Positions 39,586-48,639 of a stretch of 64,000 nt of DNA are shown one piece after another. The notes beneath the pieces were generated by a model. It did not search any database. It saw nothing but the letters and a program-made list of their open reading frames with translations, and was not told where the DNA came from. Origin of the DNA: a virus; IMG/VR virus record IMGVR_UViG_3300033550_000002, positions 1 to 64,000 of that record. One strand, given 5' to 3'. The position numbers and the translations under genes are program-made. Each line of letters starts with the position of its first letter. The stretch's first letter is position 1.

Positions 39586-39867
39586 TCAAGAGCCGTTCTC
39601 CAGCGTTCGGCGAAGCAGGGTATCCTCCCTCGCATCCTTCTTCCGCTGAAGCGCGTTCCTGCGTCTGGGCTCCTTCACGTAGACGTGCCACCATCCGCAC
39701 GCCTTGTGCGGGAGGGCCTGGTGGATGTTCCCCTGGAAGGACGGCGTCCGACGTGCTTCCTTGCGGGCCTCGCCCTCGTACAGGCAGGGCAGGAGGTCCG
39801 ACTCGCAGGTCTCCGCGTGGACGTACACCCTCGGAGCCGGAACCTCGTACCGCTCTTTCCGGCTCAT
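39586..39867 (-). CDS. hypothetical protein
   Basis: 93 aa; 'C...WWHV'. Confidence 0.45.
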   Translation of the reverse strand: MSRKERYEVPAPRVYVHAETCESDLLPCLYEGEARKEARRTPSFQGNIHQALPHKACGWWHVYVKEPRRRNALQRKKDAREDTLLRRTLENGS

Positions 39868-40502
39868 CCGGCCGTCGCCAGGACCAGACCCTCGAAGTCC
39901 GCCAGAACCACCTGGGCGGCCTTCTGGCGGCCTGCGAACTCGACGGTGCCGGTCACCTCGCCGCCGGGCGGGATGATCCGCGAGCCGGGCGCGAGCGTGC
40001 CCTCTCCGACCATTCCGGTCCGGCCGTCGGCCATGAACAGGTTGGCCGTCACCGTGACCGGCTTGTCGGTGCCGTTGCGGACGGTCAGCTCGATGAGGAT
40101 TCCGGTCCGGCCGGTGCCCGCGTCGCGCCGGGTCATCTCGATCCGGCCCGGAGCCTTCTCGTCCGCCGTGACGCCCTCACGGGCGTCCACGCTGGCCGCC
40201 TCCTGCGGGCCGCCGCCCGCAGCCGGGAACAGCTCCTGCGGCTGCCCGGCCTCCTGCGGCCCGGCCTTCGGCTCCACCGGGGAATCGGGGGCGACGGCCC
40301 ACAGCGTGCCCGCCACGGCCACGGCAGCCACGGCGGTGATGACCAGACCCTTGCGGGACCGCTTCTTCCCGGCCGCAGCCTCCGTGACCGGCGGCACGGG
40401 CGGCGCGGGCGGCGCGGGCGGCATGGGCTCGGGGTCGTGCCAGGGCTCGGCCGGGCGCTCGCTCTCGGCGTCCGGCATGTCCTGCCTCCACCAGTCGGTC
40501 AC
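39864..40502 (-). CDS. single-TM protein with extracellular Ig-like (DUF4352-like) domain
   Basis: Pro-rich N-terminus, TM, 'IELTVRNGTDKPV...IPPGGEVTGTVEF'. Confidence 0.55.
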   Translation of the reverse strand: MTDWWRQDMPDAESERPAEPWHDPEPMPPAPPAPPVPPVTEAAAGKKRSRKGLVITAVAAVAVAGTLWAVAPDSPVEPKAGPQEAGQPQELFPAAGGGPQEAASVDAREGVTADEKAPGRIEMTRRDAGTGRTGILIELTVRNGTDKPVTVTANLFMADGRTGMVGEGTLAPGSRIIPPGGEVTGTVEFAGRQKAAQVVLADFEGLVLATAG

Positions 40503-40711
40503 TTCTTTCCTCCGCTCCTGAGCATCTTCACGATCTTCGGCGCGGCACCGCTCACCGCTCCGGCCGCGACCGCCCCCGCACCCGGCAGCCCCATCGCCTT
40601 GAAGGCCGCGCTGTCGAGCGCCACGCCGACCAGCGCGGCGGTCGCCACGCTGTCGTCCACCTCGTCCTCCACGACCTTCTGCAAGGCCCACCCCACGACC
40701 TTCTCGATCAC
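40499..40711 (-). CDS. small hydrophobic protein
   Basis: 70 aa, overlapping start/stop. Confidence 0.5.
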   Translation of the reverse strand: MIEKVVGWALQKVVEDEVDDSVATAALVGVALDSAAFKAMGLPGAGAVAAGAVSGAAPKIVKMLRSGGKK

Positions 40712-41019
40712 GGCAGCAGGCCCGTCATCTCGTGGACACCGAGGACCGCCAGGTACTCGAAGCTCCAGAAGGTGACGCTCTCCCCGTCGCCGTCCTCCAC
40801 CATCGAGCCCTTGACGACGGTGTAGCGGATGCCGGTCCGGTCCCGGTACACGAACCCCGGCGGCATGATCGGAAGGGTCGGTGCCTGGTTGTCCCCCCAG
40901 GGGACCACCCGGATCACCACGTACTGCATGGGGTTCGCGGGGTCGTTGTCCACGACCGGCTGGATGGTGACCCGGTTCTGGGCCTGGTCGCTGGATGAAG
41001 TCTCAAGTCGCCAGCTCAT
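40708..41019 (-). CDS. hypothetical protein
   Basis: 103 aa, GAGGAG RBS. Confidence 0.55.
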   Translation of the reverse strand: MSWRLETSSSDQAQNRVTIQPVVDNDPANPMQYVVIRVVPWGDNQAPTLPIMPPGFVYRDRTGIRYTVVKGSMVEDGDGESVTFWSFEYLAVLGVHEMTGLLP

Positions 41020-41107
41020 CTCGTTCTCCTCTCCTCAATACATCCAGAATACAGGGAAGTTGAAAAGCCGGAAGCCCCCTCCGCAGAGGGGGCTTCCGTG
41101 TGTTGCG

Positions 41108-42274
41108 TCACGCGTCGTCGCCGAGCCAGTCGACGAGGTCGTTCTCCTCGAACCAGTCGAGCGGGAACCGGCGGGTGGCCTCGGAGAGGCGCGGCGGCCG
41201 GATGCGGTTGGCCTCGCAGAACGACGCCTTCGTGATGCCGCCGGTCACGTGGTTCGCGGCGTAGTACTGCCGGGCCATCGCGAGCTGCTTCATCTCGCCG
41301 TCGCTCAGGGAGAGACCGGCGTTCTGGGCCAGCTCGCGAACCGGGGCCGCGACCGGGGCGGAGGAACCGCCGGAGAGGACTTCGCCACGGATCAGCATCG
41401 GCTGCCGGAGGGCGATCTCGGCCTCGGCGTCCAGACGCTCCAGCGTGATCTCCTGCCGCGAGCGCATGGTGTCGATCGCGAGACGGGAGTCGAGCTGGGC
41501 CTTCATGAGCTTCAGGTCGTTCGAGCGCCGCAGGGCGTCGGTTTCCAGCTCGTGCTTCAGCTCGGCCTCCAGGCGGTCCTTCTCGGCCTTGGCGCGGGCC
41601 GCCTCGATCTCGGCCTCGTTCTTCGCCTTCTCGTCGGCCAGCTCCGCCGCGTGCTTCGCCTTGCGGTCGGCCATCTCGGCCTCGTGCTTGCGGCGCTTCG
41701 CGGTCATGTCGGCCTCGTGCTCCTCGGCCGTGGCGTCGGCCTGGGCCGCCTTGCGCCGGGAGGCCCGGTGGGTCTCGGCGATCTCCGCCTTCTCCTCGTC
41801 GGTCAGGTCGTACGGGTCCTTGAGGTCCGCCATGGCGAACATCCAGGCGACCCGGGTGAGGAGCGGAAGGACCGCCGCGAACGCCGCTTCGCCGCCGCCC
41901 ATCCGGCTGCCGTGGTAGGCGAGCAGCGAGACGAGGAACAGCACTTCGAGCCAGCCGATGATCGGGACCAGGTTCACGGGCTTCTTGCCCTTGCCCCGGC
42001 GGTTGAACATCAGGCGGACGCCCCGGTACTCGGCGTACAGCGTGGCGCTCCAGGCGATGTCGGCCGTGGCCGCCGCCGAGAGGGCGATCGGGCTGACCTC
42101 GCCGAGGTTGTTCATGTCCAGGCCGCCGGGCTGGTACAGGTCCAGCAGCGAGTACGTCGACCAGATGATGGAACCGAGGGAAAGCAGCGAAGCCAGCAGA
42201 ACGAGGAAGGTGAACTTCCGCCTCTCGTTCGCCTCCACCGATTCCGCCGTTTCGGCCTTCTTGAACTCCGACAT
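41108..42274 (-). CDS. SpdB-like spread protein (TMs + coiled coil + HTH-like tail)
   Basis: four N-terminal TM segments, 'LTDEEKAEIA' coiled coil, C-terminal 'ITKASFC....IRPPRLSE'; architecture of Streptomyces plasmid Spd proteins. Confidence 0.65.
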   Translation of the reverse strand: MSEFKKAETAESVEANERRKFTFLVLLASLLSLGSIIWSTYSLLDLYQPGGLDMNNLGEVSPIALSAAATADIAWSATLYAEYRGVRLMFNRRGKGKKPVNLVPIIGWLEVLFLVSLLAYHGSRMGGGEAAFAAVLPLLTRVAWMFAMADLKDPYDLTDEEKAEIAETHRASRRKAAQADATAEEHEADMTAKRRKHEAEMADRKAKHAAELADEKAKNEAEIEAARAKAEKDRLEAELKHELETDALRRSNDLKLMKAQLDSRLAIDTMRSRQEITLERLDAEAEIALRQPMLIRGEVLSGGSSAPVAAPVRELAQNAGLSLSDGEMKQLAMARQYYAANHVTGGITKASFCEANRIRPPRLSEATRRFPLDWFEENDLVDWLGDDA

Positions 42275-42316
42275 GTTCTTCTCCGTCTCCGAGGCCCCCC
42301 GTGGGGGCGATACGCA

Positions 42317-42347
42317 TGACTCTTCCAGTCGGCCTAGGCCATGTCAA
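42317..42347 (-). promoter_or_regulatory. promoter TTGACA-N17-AAGAGT with GGCCTAGGCC operator in the spacer
   Basis: read directly upstream of the spdB-like gene. Confidence 0.6.
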
Positions 42348-42534
42348 GCCCGGATCGGCGTTTTCCTCAAATCGGCCCTCCAGGAAACACGTTCGTCCGA
42401 TTTGGGACCCTTCGCCCCGAAGGTCTCCGATGTCGCTCCAGAGTGCGGTGATTCGTCCGATTCGGTAGGAGAAGAACCAGGTTCCCCGGCGGACTTCCAG
42501 CAGTCTGGAAGCCCGCCCGAACTTCTGGAAGGTG

Positions 42535-42930
42535 TCAGGGGCGGCTCAGGAGGGACCGGAGCCATCCCTTCCTGGCGTGGCGCGGACCCGAAGATGCCGG
42601 AAGAACTTCTTCGGGTGCCGAACGCTGTTCGGGAACGACCGGCTCCACCGGGTCCTCCGCGCACGGCGGCTCCAGCAGGCACATGTTCAGCACGTACACG
42701 TTGGGCCCCCGGAGTCCGTTCGCGGAGAAGCCGGGCTCCGTGCGCAGGAGCTGGTGCCGCACAAGCTCCCCGCGTGCCCGCGTCAGGCCGCCCTGCGTCA
42801 GCTTCGTGGAGCCCAGCAGCACCGAGGTCGGCACCTGGGTCCTGCCGACCTCGTTGACCCGCTTCAGCAGCTCTTCCAGGAGGCGCACAGCCTCGTGGCC
42901 CAGCACGCTCCGGTCGAAGGTCTCACTCAT
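42535..42930 (-). CDS. winged-helix protein
   Basis: 'L...TKLTQGGLTRARGELVRHQLL...NVYVL'. Confidence 0.55.
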   Translation of the reverse strand: MSETFDRSVLGHEAVRLLEELLKRVNEVGRTQVPTSVLLGSTKLTQGGLTRARGELVRHQLLRTEPGFSANGLRGPNVYVLNMCLLEPPCAEDPVEPVVPEQRSAPEEVLPASSGPRHARKGWLRSLLSRP

Positions 42931-43021
42931 CGCCGTTCCTCTCGTAAGGCTCCGTTCTGGCCCACAGGGTACGGCGAAGGGGCCCCGGAGTGGCATCCGG
43001 GGCCCCTTCTGGTAGGCCATC

Positions 43022-44533
43022 TCACTCTTCCGTCGGCGTGGCCCACGGGTCCGCGTCCAGCCACCGGGAGACCGTCGACCGGTTCACTCCCAGCATCCTG
43101 GCGATCTCCGCCTGGCTGACCCGCTGGGCGTTCACCTCTCCGCGAGCCCAGCGGACGACTTCCAGCCGCGCCGTCTCCTTGTCCTGGTCGGACGCCGACG
43201 ACATCGCCTGCACCGCGAGGTACCGAACCGCCTGCGGCGGCAGCCGCACGCCTCCGACCTCGACCGTGCCCTCGGGGGCTTCGGCGGGGGCTTCGGGCCC
43301 GGGGATCTCCGGCTCGATGACGGGAGCGTCCTCGGCGGCCTTCGGCTCCTCCTCCGTGGGCCCGTCGGGCTTCACCAGCCACCAGTCCTCGGCGACAGGC
43401 TCCGACGTGACGAGGTAGGGGCCCGAAGCCGCGACTTCGGTCTCCAGGACCAGCGGCAACGGTTGCTGCAACGCGCCCTTCAGGCCCTCGACCTGCGGTT
43501 CTTCTGTTGCGGAGGGGGTCTCGTGCACGGCGGTCTGCAACACCTCGGCCTCGGCCGCGTCGGGGGCGTTGCGGGACCCGTTTTCGTCACTCTCCGTGCT
43601 GTCCGTTTCGATGGGGATTGCCTCACCGAAAGCGGCCTCTTCGACCTCCTCCTGCAACGGCGTTGCAGGCGTCTTGACCAGGGAGTATGCGGTCTCAGGA
43701 GTGGCCTCGTGCGGCGGCCCCCAGGAGGGCTGTGCAACACCTTCGGCGGAATCGGACGAAAGGGGGTCCGGTTCCTCCGTGTTTGCACCGTCCGTAGTGG
43801 CCTTCTGCAACGCGTTGCGCAACGGGCCGAAAAGGCCCTTCCGGCCTTCCGTCGCCTCGATCTTCGGCTCTTCGGAAATGGCCTGGTGCTCCATCTCCGG
43901 AACCGTCTCGGCTTCGATTCGCCCGTTTTCTTCCTTTTCGAGAACTTCATCCCCGGTGTTGCGCTCGACCTCGGAAGGCTCCGGGCCGCTGACCTGCGGC
44001 TTCTCCAGGACAGTGGTCGGGGCCTCGCTCGTGGGCTCCACGAGCGTCTTGGGCTCCGATTCGTCACTCTCGGTGCCCAGATCGGGCAGCTTCAGCCACG
44101 GCTCCTCGCGCCCCGCCTTGCGCTCCCTCGCGGAGAACCAGGCGAGTTCCGCCAGGGTCACGACCAGGGCCATCACGATCGCCCGGCCCACGCCCATCTG
44201 CTGCCCGCCCCGCTCGGGCCCCCCGGTGGCGGCGCTCAGCACGATCCAGAACGGCGCGAGGGCCACCAGCATCCGCAGGGTCTTGCCGCCGGGTCCTCGC
44301 GGGGTTCCGTCGGCCTCGGGCTCCAGGGCCCAGTTCTTCACTCCGTGCAGACCCCGGCGCAGCATCAGGCCAGCTCCACGCCGGGCGTGACGCACTTCCA
44401 GGGACTGCCTCACCGCCTTCGTGCCGGTGCGGCGCACCTTCTCCTTCGCAGGCATGTCCTGTCCTTTCCGAGGACGGCCGGACCAGGCGGGTCCGGCCGT
44501 CGAGACTCTTTCGATGTGGCCCAGCCGGGCCAT
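43022..44533 (-). CDS. membrane-anchored protein with long acidic linker and C-terminal HTH
   Basis: 2 TM helices, Glu/Pro-rich region, 'VSQAEIARMLGVNRSTVSRWL'. Confidence 0.7.
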   Translation of the reverse strand: MARLGHIERVSTAGPAWSGRPRKGQDMPAKEKVRRTGTKAVRQSLEVRHARRGAGLMLRRGLHGVKNWALEPEADGTPRGPGGKTLRMLVALAPFWIVLSAATGGPERGGQQMGVGRAIVMALVVTLAELAWFSARERKAGREEPWLKLPDLGTESDESEPKTLVEPTSEAPTTVLEKPQVSGPEPSEVERNTGDEVLEKEENGRIEAETVPEMEHQAISEEPKIEATEGRKGLFGPLRNALQKATTDGANTEEPDPLSSDSAEGVAQPSWGPPHEATPETAYSLVKTPATPLQEEVEEAAFGEAIPIETDSTESDENGSRNAPDAAEAEVLQTAVHETPSATEEPQVEGLKGALQQPLPLVLETEVAASGPYLVTSEPVAEDWWLVKPDGPTEEEPKAAEDAPVIEPEIPGPEAPAEAPEGTVEVGGVRLPPQAVRYLAVQAMSSASDQDKETARLEVVRWARGEVNAQRVSQAEIARMLGVNRSTVSRWLDADPWATPTEE

Positions 44534-44536
44534 TTC

Positions 44537-44878
44537 TCAGCGGCCCGAGAGCCAGTTCTTCGGGTCGTTGTGCTCCTCGACCGGGGGCACGACGATGGCC
44601 TCCCCGTGGACGGTGTGGCCGATCACGGTGCCCGGCTTCAGCAGCGGGTTCCCCTTCGAGGGGCCCTGGCAGCTCAGGCACGGGTCGCCCTCCTGGCGGC
44701 CGTGCTCGCAGCGGTGCAGGTCCAGCATCATGCGGCCGAGTCGGGAGATCCTGACGGCCTCCTCGCTGCGCCGCAGCTCGGCCTGGGCCTCCATGTAGAA
44801 CCCGTCGAGCATCTTGACCAGATTGGGGTTCTCCGAGTCCGCCAGCGCCAGCTCCAGCGCGTTTCGGTAGTCACCCAC
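44537..44878 (-). CDS. hypothetical protein
   Basis: 'DLHRCEHGRQEGDPCLSC...GNP'. Confidence 0.55.
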   Translation of the reverse strand: MGDYRNALELALADSENPNLVKMLDGFYMEAQAELRRSEEAVRISRLGRMMLDLHRCEHGRQEGDPCLSCQGPSKGNPLLKPGTVIGHTVHGEAIVVPPVEEHNDPKNWLSGR

Positions 44879-45068
44879 GGCTGGCCTCCTGCCGCTTCGA
44901 AACGGGCGAATCGGCCTGAACTTCCACGAACACCTTGCAGGCGCAGCGCAGCTTGCGGCCGATCTCCTGCTTGCACATCGTCCGGTGCCCCTCCTCGTGG
45001 TTCCCGGTGTGCCGGTGGCGGGGGTGGTTGCACCGCCCGCAGAGCATCTTGTCGTAGAGGCTCATCAT
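44871..45068 (-). CDS. small Cys/His protein
   Basis: 'CGRCNHPRHRH...C...CACKVF'. Confidence 0.5.
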   Translation of the reverse strand: MMSLYDKMLCGRCNHPRHRHTGNHEEGHRTMCKQEIGRKLRCACKVFVEVQADSPVSKRQEASRG

Positions 45069-45382
45069 CCCTCCTCGTTCCAGACGTTGCCGAAGTAGTC
45101 CTTGTGCGGGGTGGCCGGGTAGTGGCGGACCTCCTCCTCGCACTGCTTGTAGCCCTCCTCGGCTCCGCAGGTCTCCACCACGCCGACCTCGCGCAGCGCC
45201 TCGCGGGCCGGGGAGTCGGCCGCCAGGAGGGCGACGTTGGCCTCGCCGACGTCCCAGTCCTCGTCCCTGAGGGCCCTGATCAGGGAAGCCATGACCTGCT
45301 TCGCGCTGACCTCGCCACGGTCCCGGGCCTCTACCGCCCCGACGACCGCCTCGAAGACGCGTCGCCCTCCGTGCCAGCTCAT
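45065..45382 (-). CDS. hypothetical protein
   Basis: 'MSWHGG..VF...LI.AL.DEDWD'. Confidence 0.55.
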   Translation of the reverse strand: MSWHGGRRVFEAVVGAVEARDRGEVSAKQVMASLIRALRDEDWDVGEANVALLAADSPAREALREVGVVETCGAEEGYKQCEEEVRHYPATPHKDYFGNVWNEEG

Positions 45383-45436
45383 CCGTTCTCTCTTTCCGCT
45401 TTCGCTGCGTGGATTCGCCTTGTAATCGAAGGCGAA

Positions 45437-45652
45437 TCAGATCGCTTCCACTCGGGTCACGTGGTAGCGGGTCTGGTAGATGTCACGGACATCCTCCACC
45501 CGCATTCCGTCGAGATCGACCGCGAAGGTGTGGTGTTCGCCCGTCACGTCGGTGCAGGGCTCTCCGTTCACCGGGCACGGGCCGGTCTTCTTGTCGCGCG
45601 GGTTGTGCTCCGGGTTCTTCGGGAGCTTGACGGTCACCAGGTGGCTGGCCAT
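45437..45652 (-). CDS. hypothetical protein
   Basis: TGATG-coupled; 'GPCP...CTDVTGEHHT'. Confidence 0.5.
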   Translation of the reverse strand: MASHLVTVKLPKNPEHNPRDKKTGPCPVNGEPCTDVTGEHHTFAVDLDGMRVEDVRDIYQTRYHVTRVEAI

Positions 45653-46125
45653 CAGAACCGGCCGTAGTAGGCGTGACGGCCGCTGTACAGGTACTCGTTG
45701 ATCGGGGCCAGCACGACCTTCCTGCCCCGGTAGCTTCCGCTGTTGGCGTTCCACATCCACGCCTTGCCGGACCAGTACCCCGCGTAGATCCCGATGTGCT
45801 TGATGTTGCCGGTCGAGGTCCCGATGGCGACGATGTCGCCCTTGGTCCGCGACTGCCAGGACAGCTTCTTCGAGGCGTTGTACTGCTGCTGCGCCGTGCG
45901 CGGGAGCGTCTTGCCCACCTTGCCGAAGGAGTACTTGACCAGGCCGGAGCAGTCGAACGCGTTGGGCCCCGTCGCGCCGCTGACGTAGGGGTCGTTCTTC
46001 TGTCCGGCCGCGATACTGAGCGCCCTCACCCGTATCGAGGTCGCGGCCTCGGCCTGCGGGGCCAGGCCGACCGCCAGGGTCGCGCCGACGACGGTCGAGA
46101 CGGTGACGCCGAGGATCTTCTTCAT
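45652..46125 (-). CDS. secreted NlpC/P60 hydrolase
   Basis: signal peptide (AEA); 'PYVSGATGPNAFDCSGL', 'HIGIYAG'. Confidence 0.9.
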   Translation of the reverse strand: MKKILGVTVSTVVGATLAVGLAPQAEAATSIRVRALSIAAGQKNDPYVSGATGPNAFDCSGLVKYSFGKVGKTLPRTAQQQYNASKKLSWQSRTKGDIVAIGTSTGNIKHIGIYAGYWSGKAWMWNANSGSYRGRKVVLAPINEYLYSGRHAYYGRF

Positions 46126-46181
46126 GGATTTCCCTGCTTTCTGGGTTCGTTCGGAGGATTCGCCTTGTAATCAGAGGCGAA

Positions 46182-46598
46182 CTACCACTTGAGTCCGTGG
46201 GGGCTGAAGAACACCTTGATCTCGGCCTTCCGGGCCCTGCGGACGCAGTCGGCCGTTCCGTGGGAGGCGTGAAGGCCGGGAGGGCACCAGCGGGTCCGCC
46301 TGCGGCAGGGGAGTGCGAACGCGAGGACCAGGTCGGCCCCGGACTGCACCATCTGCTCGTTGCGCATGAAGCCCGCCTGACGCCCGTGCTTGTCCCAGTT
46401 GGCCGGGAAGCCTACCTCGGAGACGAGTCCGGTCCTGGAACGCATCGTGACCCACTGGTGCGCCATGTGGTCGGCACCGGTCGGACAGAGCCCCTGGAGA
46501 ACCGTCACGCGGCCGGAACGCCGCAGGATGTTGTCCAGGGCCTGATTCACCGAGGAAGCCCTCAGCCAGTCCCTGGACCCCGTCACGAGCACTCTCAC
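46182..46598 (-). CDS. SLOG/YspA-like (DUF2493) protein
   Basis: 'RVLVTGSRDW', 'G.CPTGAD', 'PANWDKHGRQAGFMRNEQMV', 'SHGT.DC'. Confidence 0.85.
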   Translation of the reverse strand: MRVLVTGSRDWLRASSVNQALDNILRRSGRVTVLQGLCPTGADHMAHQWVTMRSRTGLVSEVGFPANWDKHGRQAGFMRNEQMVQSGADLVLAFALPCRRRTRWCPPGLHASHGTADCVRRARKAEIKVFFSPHGLKW

Positions 46599-46739
46599 GC
46601 GTCTTCCCTTCGCTCTGTGCGTCGATATGCCGGTCCACCTGCGGCGACACCCTCAACATCCGGGCGGATTGCGCTTCTTGGCGACTGGCCTAGGTCAAGA
46701 CTACACCCGGCCTACCTCTCGGGGTAGGCCACTTCTCGA

Positions 46740-47060
46740 AATCACCCTTGTGGCGGTTCGACCGATTCCGCCCGTTTAGAATCAGCCCGAATTCGGACAA
46801 ACGGTCACCGCTAGGCCGACGAATCGGTGGAACATCGCCAGATTTGCCACCCGAATCAGGGTGAACCGGACATTCGGCTTCGGGCGAATCAGGACATTCT
46901 CATCATTCGCCCAGCTCAGTGCGGGTTCGTCGATTCGTCTCCGAATATCCGATTCGCGCAGAATGAACCAGGCTGGCAGTCCGATCTGTCCCGGTTTGAT
47001 CCGAGAGCCCTTCGGCTGATTCTTCCAGGGATTCGGCGGGCTTCCAGCCGTCTTCCCGGT
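46740..47060. repeat. non-coding region with roughly 10-bp-spaced GAAT(C)/(G)ATTC motifs
   Basis: about 20 short A/T cores in 320 bp; no credible ORF. Confidence 0.5.
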
Positions 47061-47162
47061 TACCTACAAGTAGCTTCTTGTGTGTTCGTGAACCGAAGGA
47101 AAGCTACCGAACGGTAACCAGGTGGCACGAAGAAGGCCCGCCACGGCAGGGCGGGCCTTCGG

Positions 47163-47405
47163 TCAGACGAGCCAGGACGGGATCGCGTCGTCCGGCGGGT
47201 GAACGGTGAACTCCTCCTCCTCGGGTGAGCCGTCCTGTCCACGGACGATCGCCCCGGAGGAGTCCCGGACGAACCGGAAGAGCGTGACGGCTCCGTTCTC
47301 GTTCGTGATCGGCGTGTCCAGCGGGATGTCGTGCGGGTCCACCCCGCACGCCTTGAGCATCTTCACCGCGTCGAGGCGGTACTGCTCGTTCTTGAGCACC
47401 TGCAT
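47163..47405 (-). CDS. hypothetical protein
   Basis: GAGGAG RBS before MQVLKN. Confidence 0.55.
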   Translation of the reverse strand: MQVLKNEQYRLDAVKMLKACGVDPHDIPLDTPITNENGAVTLFRFVRDSSGAIVRGQDGSPEEEEFTVHPPDDAIPSWLV

Positions 47406-47449
47406 GACTCTCCTCACGCGAGAAGGGCGGGGCCGAAGCCCCGCCCTTC

Positions 47450-47860
47450 TTACAGTTCCACCTTCGACCCGTCGGGCCACAGAAGCAGAGCGACCTCCTT
47501 GCGGACGCCCTCCTCGTCGGAGACGACGCGCCAGACGTCGCCGCCGAAGTCCTCCGAGTCGACGACCAGCTCGCCCCGGAACACGTGGTCCGGGAACGCG
47601 GCCACCAGCTCCGCCACGTCGTCCTCCATCTGGCGGGCGTCGTACGGGGTGTCGCGGAGCGGGCCGACCGTGCGACAGGTCAGGACGGTGTTCACGCCCT
47701 CGTCGGTCTCCCTGTCGTCACGGTCGACGCACATGGCGATCCTGGGCGTCCCACGGCCTACGGCCTTGTTCTCGATGAAGAACTTGCTGTCCTTGATCTG
47801 GGACCACTTCATCGGCGGCTTGACCGACAGGTAGCCGGTGACCCTTCCGGTGTAGCTCAC
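47450..47860 (-). CDS. hypothetical protein
   Basis: 136 aa, GC3 bias. Confidence 0.55.
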   Translation of the reverse strand: MSYTGRVTGYLSVKPPMKWSQIKDSKFFIENKAVGRGTPRIAMCVDRDDRETDEGVNTVLTCRTVGPLRDTPYDARQMEDDVAELVAAFPDHVFRGELVVDSEDFGGDVWRVVSDEEGVRKEVALLLWPDGSKVEL

Positions 47861-47951
47861 CCTCTTCCCCTTCCAGCGGTGATCGAGATGACGATGGCCA
47901 TCAGGCCGACGAAGACCATGGAGGACATCAGGGCGTGGGAGAAGAGGCTCA

Positions 47952-48530
47952 TCAGCCCTCCGTGCAGGCGGGGAAGTCGGACTTCTCCGGGCACCGGTCG
48001 TAGTCCACGCGGCGCACGTCCTGCTCGAACAGGCCGTCGGCGTTGCGGATGAACAGCTCCGGCTCCTCCTTGCACCCGGCGAGGGAAAGCGGGAGGGCGG
48101 CCTTCAGGAACTTCGGGATCTTCACCGGCTTCGCGGGCTTCTTGTCCAGCTCGACGCCCTTGGACTTCTTCACCGGCCGCTCGGTCCGGACCGGCGCGCT
48201 GCTGGCCGGTGCACTCCGGCCCGGCGCACTGCTGGCCGCCTTCGAGGGAGCCGTGGAGGGGGTCCGGTTCGACGAGCGCGGGGCCTCGGCGGTGTCGGGG
48301 GTGTCGCTGGTGCTCGTGCTGGACCTCGGCGGCGGCTTCGGCCTTCCGGCGACGGCCGCCTGGAATCCGATCGGGGCCATCGCGACATCCTCGCCGGGGC
48401 AGTCGTAATCGATCTGCCGGGCCTCGACGACGCCGGAAACCTCGTACCGGTACGAGTCACCGGCACACCCTGCCACCAGCGAAATTGCGCCGATGGTTGA
48501 AGCCAGGATCAAACTGCTCTTTTTCTTCAC
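47952..48530 (-). CDS. lipoprotein
   Basis: 'MKKKSSLIL...LVAGC' lipobox; AAGGAG RBS. Confidence 0.7.
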   Translation of the reverse strand: MKKKSSLILASTIGAISLVAGCAGDSYRYEVSGVVEARQIDYDCPGEDVAMAPIGFQAAVAGRPKPPPRSSTSTSDTPDTAEAPRSSNRTPSTAPSKAASSAPGRSAPASSAPVRTERPVKKSKGVELDKKPAKPVKIPKFLKAALPLSLAGCKEEPELFIRNADGLFEQDVRRVDYDRCPEKSDFPACTEG

Positions 48531-48639
48531 GTTGAATCTCCTTTCCAGTTACTAGTGTTGCAGAAAACCGTGTTTCTGTCGAGCTGAATCTTCGTAGATC
48601 TGTGCGAGGCTAGCTTCATCACTACGGAAGGAGAGGGCC

